A DNA stretch of 36,990 nt from a virus (taxonomy: Duplodnaviria > Caudoviricetes): IMG/VR virus record IMGVR_UViG_3300044976_000008, positions 1-36,990 of that record. One strand, 5' to 3'. The notes under the pieces are model-generated. The model did no database searches, was not told where the DNA came from, and saw only the letters and a program-made list of their open reading frames with translations. Made by a program: the position numbers and the translations under genes. This document shows positions 34,309-36,990 of this stretch, piece after piece (within the stretch, counting starts at the first letter, position 1; every line of letters begins with the position of its first letter).

Positions 34309-34803
34309 TTGTACACGATTACCGTCCCGTTTGTGGACTACAAGAAGAAGCCCCGGAACGAGTCGGTTAGCTTCAACCTTGATGCTCGAGAGGTGTTCAA
34401 GCTTCTCCCAGAGCTCAAGGCAGTGTTTGACTGGCTGGATTCTCACAAGAACGCAGATCCTCGTGAGTTGAGTACTGAGGAAGTCAGCAAGTTCTACACC
34501 GAATTCGAGGGAATTCTCCTTGAGGCCTACGGTGAGGTTTCTGACGACGGTTCATATTTCAAGAAGGGCAACCGGTACGAGTTCGAGGAGTCAGCTCTGT
34601 TCAACGCGTGCATGGTCATGTTTGTGACCCAGCCGCAGGAGACCGTGAAGCTTCTTGAAGGGATTCTGCCGAAGGAGCTTTTCGACCAGGTAAAGAATGT
34701 CGATCAGAACCAGATCGAGCAGATCACAAGTGCTCGGGCAGACCAGCTTGCTGCCGAGAACGAGAAGCTTCGCCAGCAGTTGAGGGATCAAGGCGCGGTC
34801 TGA
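34309..34803 (+). CDS. Conserved hypothetical protein
   Basis: TTG after GAGGAG; helical acidic protein with LLEAYGEVSDDGSYFKK. Confidence 0.7.
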   Translation: MYTITVPFVDYKKKPRNESVSFNLDAREVFKLLPELKAVFDWLDSHKNADPRELSTEEVSKFYTEFEGILLEAYGEVSDDGSYFKKGNRYEFEESALFNACMVMFVTQPQETVKLLEGILPKELFDQVKNVDQNQIEQITSARADQLAAENEKLRQQLRDQGAV

Positions 34804-34805
34804 CG

Positions 34806-34833
34806 CGCAGCAAAAACAACCACTATAATAGGA
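34806..34833 (+). promoter_or_regulatory. Conserved 28-bp promoter-like motif, copy 10 (variant)
   Basis: CGCAGCAAAAACAACCACTATAATAGGA; contains a perfect TATAAT. Confidence 0.7.
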
Positions 34834-34856
34834 GACACTACTATCAAGGAGTAGTT

Positions 34857-34979
34857 ATGGACAAGTTTCAAAAGTACTTCGTTCCTGTCGTTGGCCTTAC
34901 CGCGTTCGTAGTCGGAGGACTACTTGCGAAGAGCAAGGCTGAGGAAGGCGTCGAAGCTCTCAAGAAAGCCCTTTCCTGA
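34857..34979 (+). CDS. 40-aa membrane microprotein (absent from ORF track)
   Basis: AAGGAG RBS; MDKFQKYFVPVVGLTAFVVGGLLAKSKAEEGVEALKKALS; bounded by motif and terminator. Confidence 0.75.
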   Translation: MDKFQKYFVPVVGLTAFVVGGLLAKSKAEEGVEALKKALS

Positions 34980-34999
34980 CCTACAACATTAAGTCACCC

Positions 35000-35035
35000 A
35001 AAAAGAGGGCCCTGTTCACCCAGGGCTTTCTTTTT
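35000..35035 (+). terminator. Intrinsic terminator
   Basis: AAAAGAGGGCCCTG/CAGGGCTTTCTTTT stem plus T tract; related to the 30941 terminator. Confidence 0.85.
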
Positions 35036-35054
35036 CTCTCGAAAGGACCATTTT

Positions 35055-35753
35055 ATGGTCGAGCCTGTAGGTAATGAGCCTCGAAGGAGCCAGCCAAAGC
35101 CTGATAGAAGCCTATCCGAGCTTACTGGAAACAGTCACAAGCATCGACAAGAGTCAAAAGAGGTTGTCGATCGTGAGCCGGTGGAGAAAATCGTCGAAGG
35201 CAAGGTGATTTCTCGGCCTCTTCCGTGGTATAAGCGTTTTGCACGAAACATGATTGCTGAAGACGCAGGTAACGTAGGCGAGTATATTCTCATGGACGTT
35301 GTCATCCCAGCGTCAAAGAATCTTCTTTTGGACATGCTATATCAAACAGGCGAACGACTTTTGTTTGGTACCTCTAGAGGAAGGTTGAGTGGTCGACGTA
35401 GCCCTTTAGGCGCGGTCCTACGGGACCGTGAACCAGTGAACTACAGTCGTTATGCTGAGCGAGAAGCAAGAGGACGGTCTTTGAGTCACCGCGCAAGGGC
35501 GACTCATGACTTCAACGAGATCGTGCTTGAACACCGAGGTGAAGCAGTAGGTGTAGTGGATGCCTTGGTGGATCTGGTAGCCCGTTATGGTTCTGCGTCC
35601 GTCGCAGATCTTTATGATCTCGTAGGGACGACTGGAAGCTATGCCGATCGACGTTGGGGTTGGACTGATTTAATCACAGCCGACGTTCGACAAGTACCCG
35701 GTGGTTTCTTGCTAGACTTGCCTGCGCCAGAACCTATTCCTACTCCTAACTAG
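35055..35753 (+). CDS. Conserved hypothetical protein
   Basis: AAAGGA RBS; GNSHK, DVVIPA.K and C-terminal YGSASVADLYDLVG..WGWTDL..LLDLP. Confidence 0.75.
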   Translation: MVEPVGNEPRRSQPKPDRSLSELTGNSHKHRQESKEVVDREPVEKIVEGKVISRPLPWYKRFARNMIAEDAGNVGEYILMDVVIPASKNLLLDMLYQTGERLLFGTSRGRLSGRRSPLGAVLRDREPVNYSRYAEREARGRSLSHRARATHDFNEIVLEHRGEAVGVVDALVDLVARYGSASVADLYDLVGTTGSYADRRWGWTDLITADVRQVPGGFLLDLPAPEPIPTPN

Positions 35754-35766
35754 GAGCTATATTTCC

Positions 35767-36009
35767 ATGGGAAAGCAACTCGATGATAATGACGGGAAGC
35801 ATATCGATGAGATCATCCAATCTGTCTCCTGTTCTATTCATAGTGCCGAAATAGGCGTCCCTTGTTTCCATATTCAGTACGGCGTACTAAAAGGTGGACT
35901 TGGTCCTGGGATTTGCGGACCTAGGATCAAGAAAGCCGGTTTTAACGGCGAGATTCAGCCAAGCTCTCTTAGTCAAAAAGCTAAGGGCAGAAAGACTACT
36001 CGCTCTTAG
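35767..36009 (+). CDS. Small hypothetical protein
   Basis: AGGAG RBS; fills the intergenic gap in the + strand gene run. Confidence 0.6.
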   Translation: MGKQLDDNDGKHIDEIIQSVSCSIHSAEIGVPCFHIQYGVLKGGLGPGICGPRIKKAGFNGEIQPSSLSQKAKGRKTTRS

Positions 36010-36048
36010 TTATATTTGACATCCCCTTCTCATCGCAAAGGACTCTAA

Positions 36049-36933
36049 ATGAAATACGTCCCAAAGAACCTTTCGCGGTTCGGACACAGGCAAGTTCTAA
36101 AGCTGAACAAGAACAGCCCGACCATCTTGGTTGTGGCTGGGGTTGTGGGTCTTGGCACTACTGCAGTTATGGCAGCGATGGCAACCCGCAAGATCGAACC
36201 AATTCTCGAATCTCACCAAAAGCGGCGGTTTGAGCTTGAGGTCACCGCTTCTGATTGGCACACAGAAGTTAAGCAGCGGGAGTTGTTTGTCCTCTACAGC
36301 CAGACCACGGTCGAACTGACCAAGCTGTACGCGCCAACCATCGCCGTAGGGACGTTGTCAACCGTCAGCGTTCTTAGCGGTCACAAGATCCTCAAGGGCC
36401 GGCATGTTGCTACAATGGCAGCATATACCGGACTGATGGAGCAGTGGCGTTCGTACCGAGCCCGGGTTGAAGAGACAGTTGGGCCGGAGCTCGAGCGAGA
36501 GATCTACAATGGCGCAGTTGGCCGATACGAAGAAGATCCCGACCACAAGGGTGAGTATAAGCTCAAGGCCAAGTACGACGAGAAGCTGCATGGATCATTC
36601 TTGCAGCCGTTCTTCGATGAGTCTAATGACAATTGGACTCAGGATCCGACAGCAAACAAGATGTTTCTTACTGGCGTTCAAGCACACATGAACCGTCTTC
36701 TTCAAATCCGTGGGCACGTATTCCTGTTTGAGGTTTACGACGCGCTCGGTCTTCCACGTCGGAGTGAAACGATTCCAACCGGATGGTTGTACGACAATCC
36801 AGATGGTGACGGCTATGTCGATTTCGGATTTATGACAGACCCGTCGCCTCAGGCATCGCTGTTCCGCAATGGAGGAGAGCGCTCCGTCAGGCTCAACTTC
36901 AACATCGACGGAGTGATCTGGGACAAGATCTAA
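36049..36933 (+). CDS. Conserved phage membrane-associated protein (DUF6353-like), paralogue 2
   Basis: AAAGGA RBS. NSPTILVVAGVVGLGTTAVMA and GHVFLFEVYDALGL..GW..LNFNIDG align with 33105..33872. Confidence 0.75.
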   Translation: MKYVPKNLSRFGHRQVLKLNKNSPTILVVAGVVGLGTTAVMAAMATRKIEPILESHQKRRFELEVTASDWHTEVKQRELFVLYSQTTVELTKLYAPTIAVGTLSTVSVLSGHKILKGRHVATMAAYTGLMEQWRSYRARVEETVGPELEREIYNGAVGRYEEDPDHKGEYKLKAKYDEKLHGSFLQPFFDESNDNWTQDPTANKMFLTGVQAHMNRLLQIRGHVFLFEVYDALGLPRRSETIPTGWLYDNPDGDGYVDFGFMTDPSPQASLFRNGGERSVRLNFNIDGVIWDKI

Positions 36934-36957
36934 GCCGTTCTATATTTGGGAGACAGT

Positions 36958-36990
36958 ATGCGAAGCAGGTTTATGTATGCCGTCCTTGGC
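36958..36990 (+). CDS. Start of next gene (truncated by window)
   Basis: GGGAG RBS, ATG 36958, open to the window end (MRSRFMYAVLG). Confidence 0.5.
   Translation, partial: MRSRFMYAVLG

Overview
The window is the left ~37 kb of a tailed dsDNA phage (siphovirus), with essentially all real genes on the + strand. Gene order and protein motifs resemble, from recall, the actinobacteriophage group containing Rhodococcus ReqiPepy6/ReqiPoco6, Streptomyces cluster BI and Arthrobacter clusters AM/AU/AW. The order is: candidate small terminase, HNH, amidase-like and peptidase endolysin genes, head-tail adaptor, an accessory fibre block, a twin 'HYGIKGMKWG' protein, large terminase, portal, a 938-aa basic-domain/protease/capsid polyprotein, head-tail genes, major tail protein, a second accessory block (glycoside hydrolase, PKD/lectin, tail-tube paralogue), tape measure, Dit, baseplate hub, membrane/holin genes, then a right-arm accessory region. 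Four observations stand out. (1) Ten copies of a fixed-spacing 28-bp motif (CGCG-N4-AAACA-N11-GAGA), many directly after an intrinsic terminator, divide the right arm into single-gene cassettes. (2) Two of those cassettes carry structured non-coding sequence instead of a protein gene. (3) A recurrent [LIVM]-x-H motif in the capsid polyprotein linker and the HYGIKGMKWG protein suggests a histidine-specific head maturation protease. (4) The capsid polyprotein has two internal in-frame starts with their own ribosome-binding sites. No tRNA, CRISPR, integrase or reverse transcriptase was seen. Family names come from motif recognition only; no searches were run.
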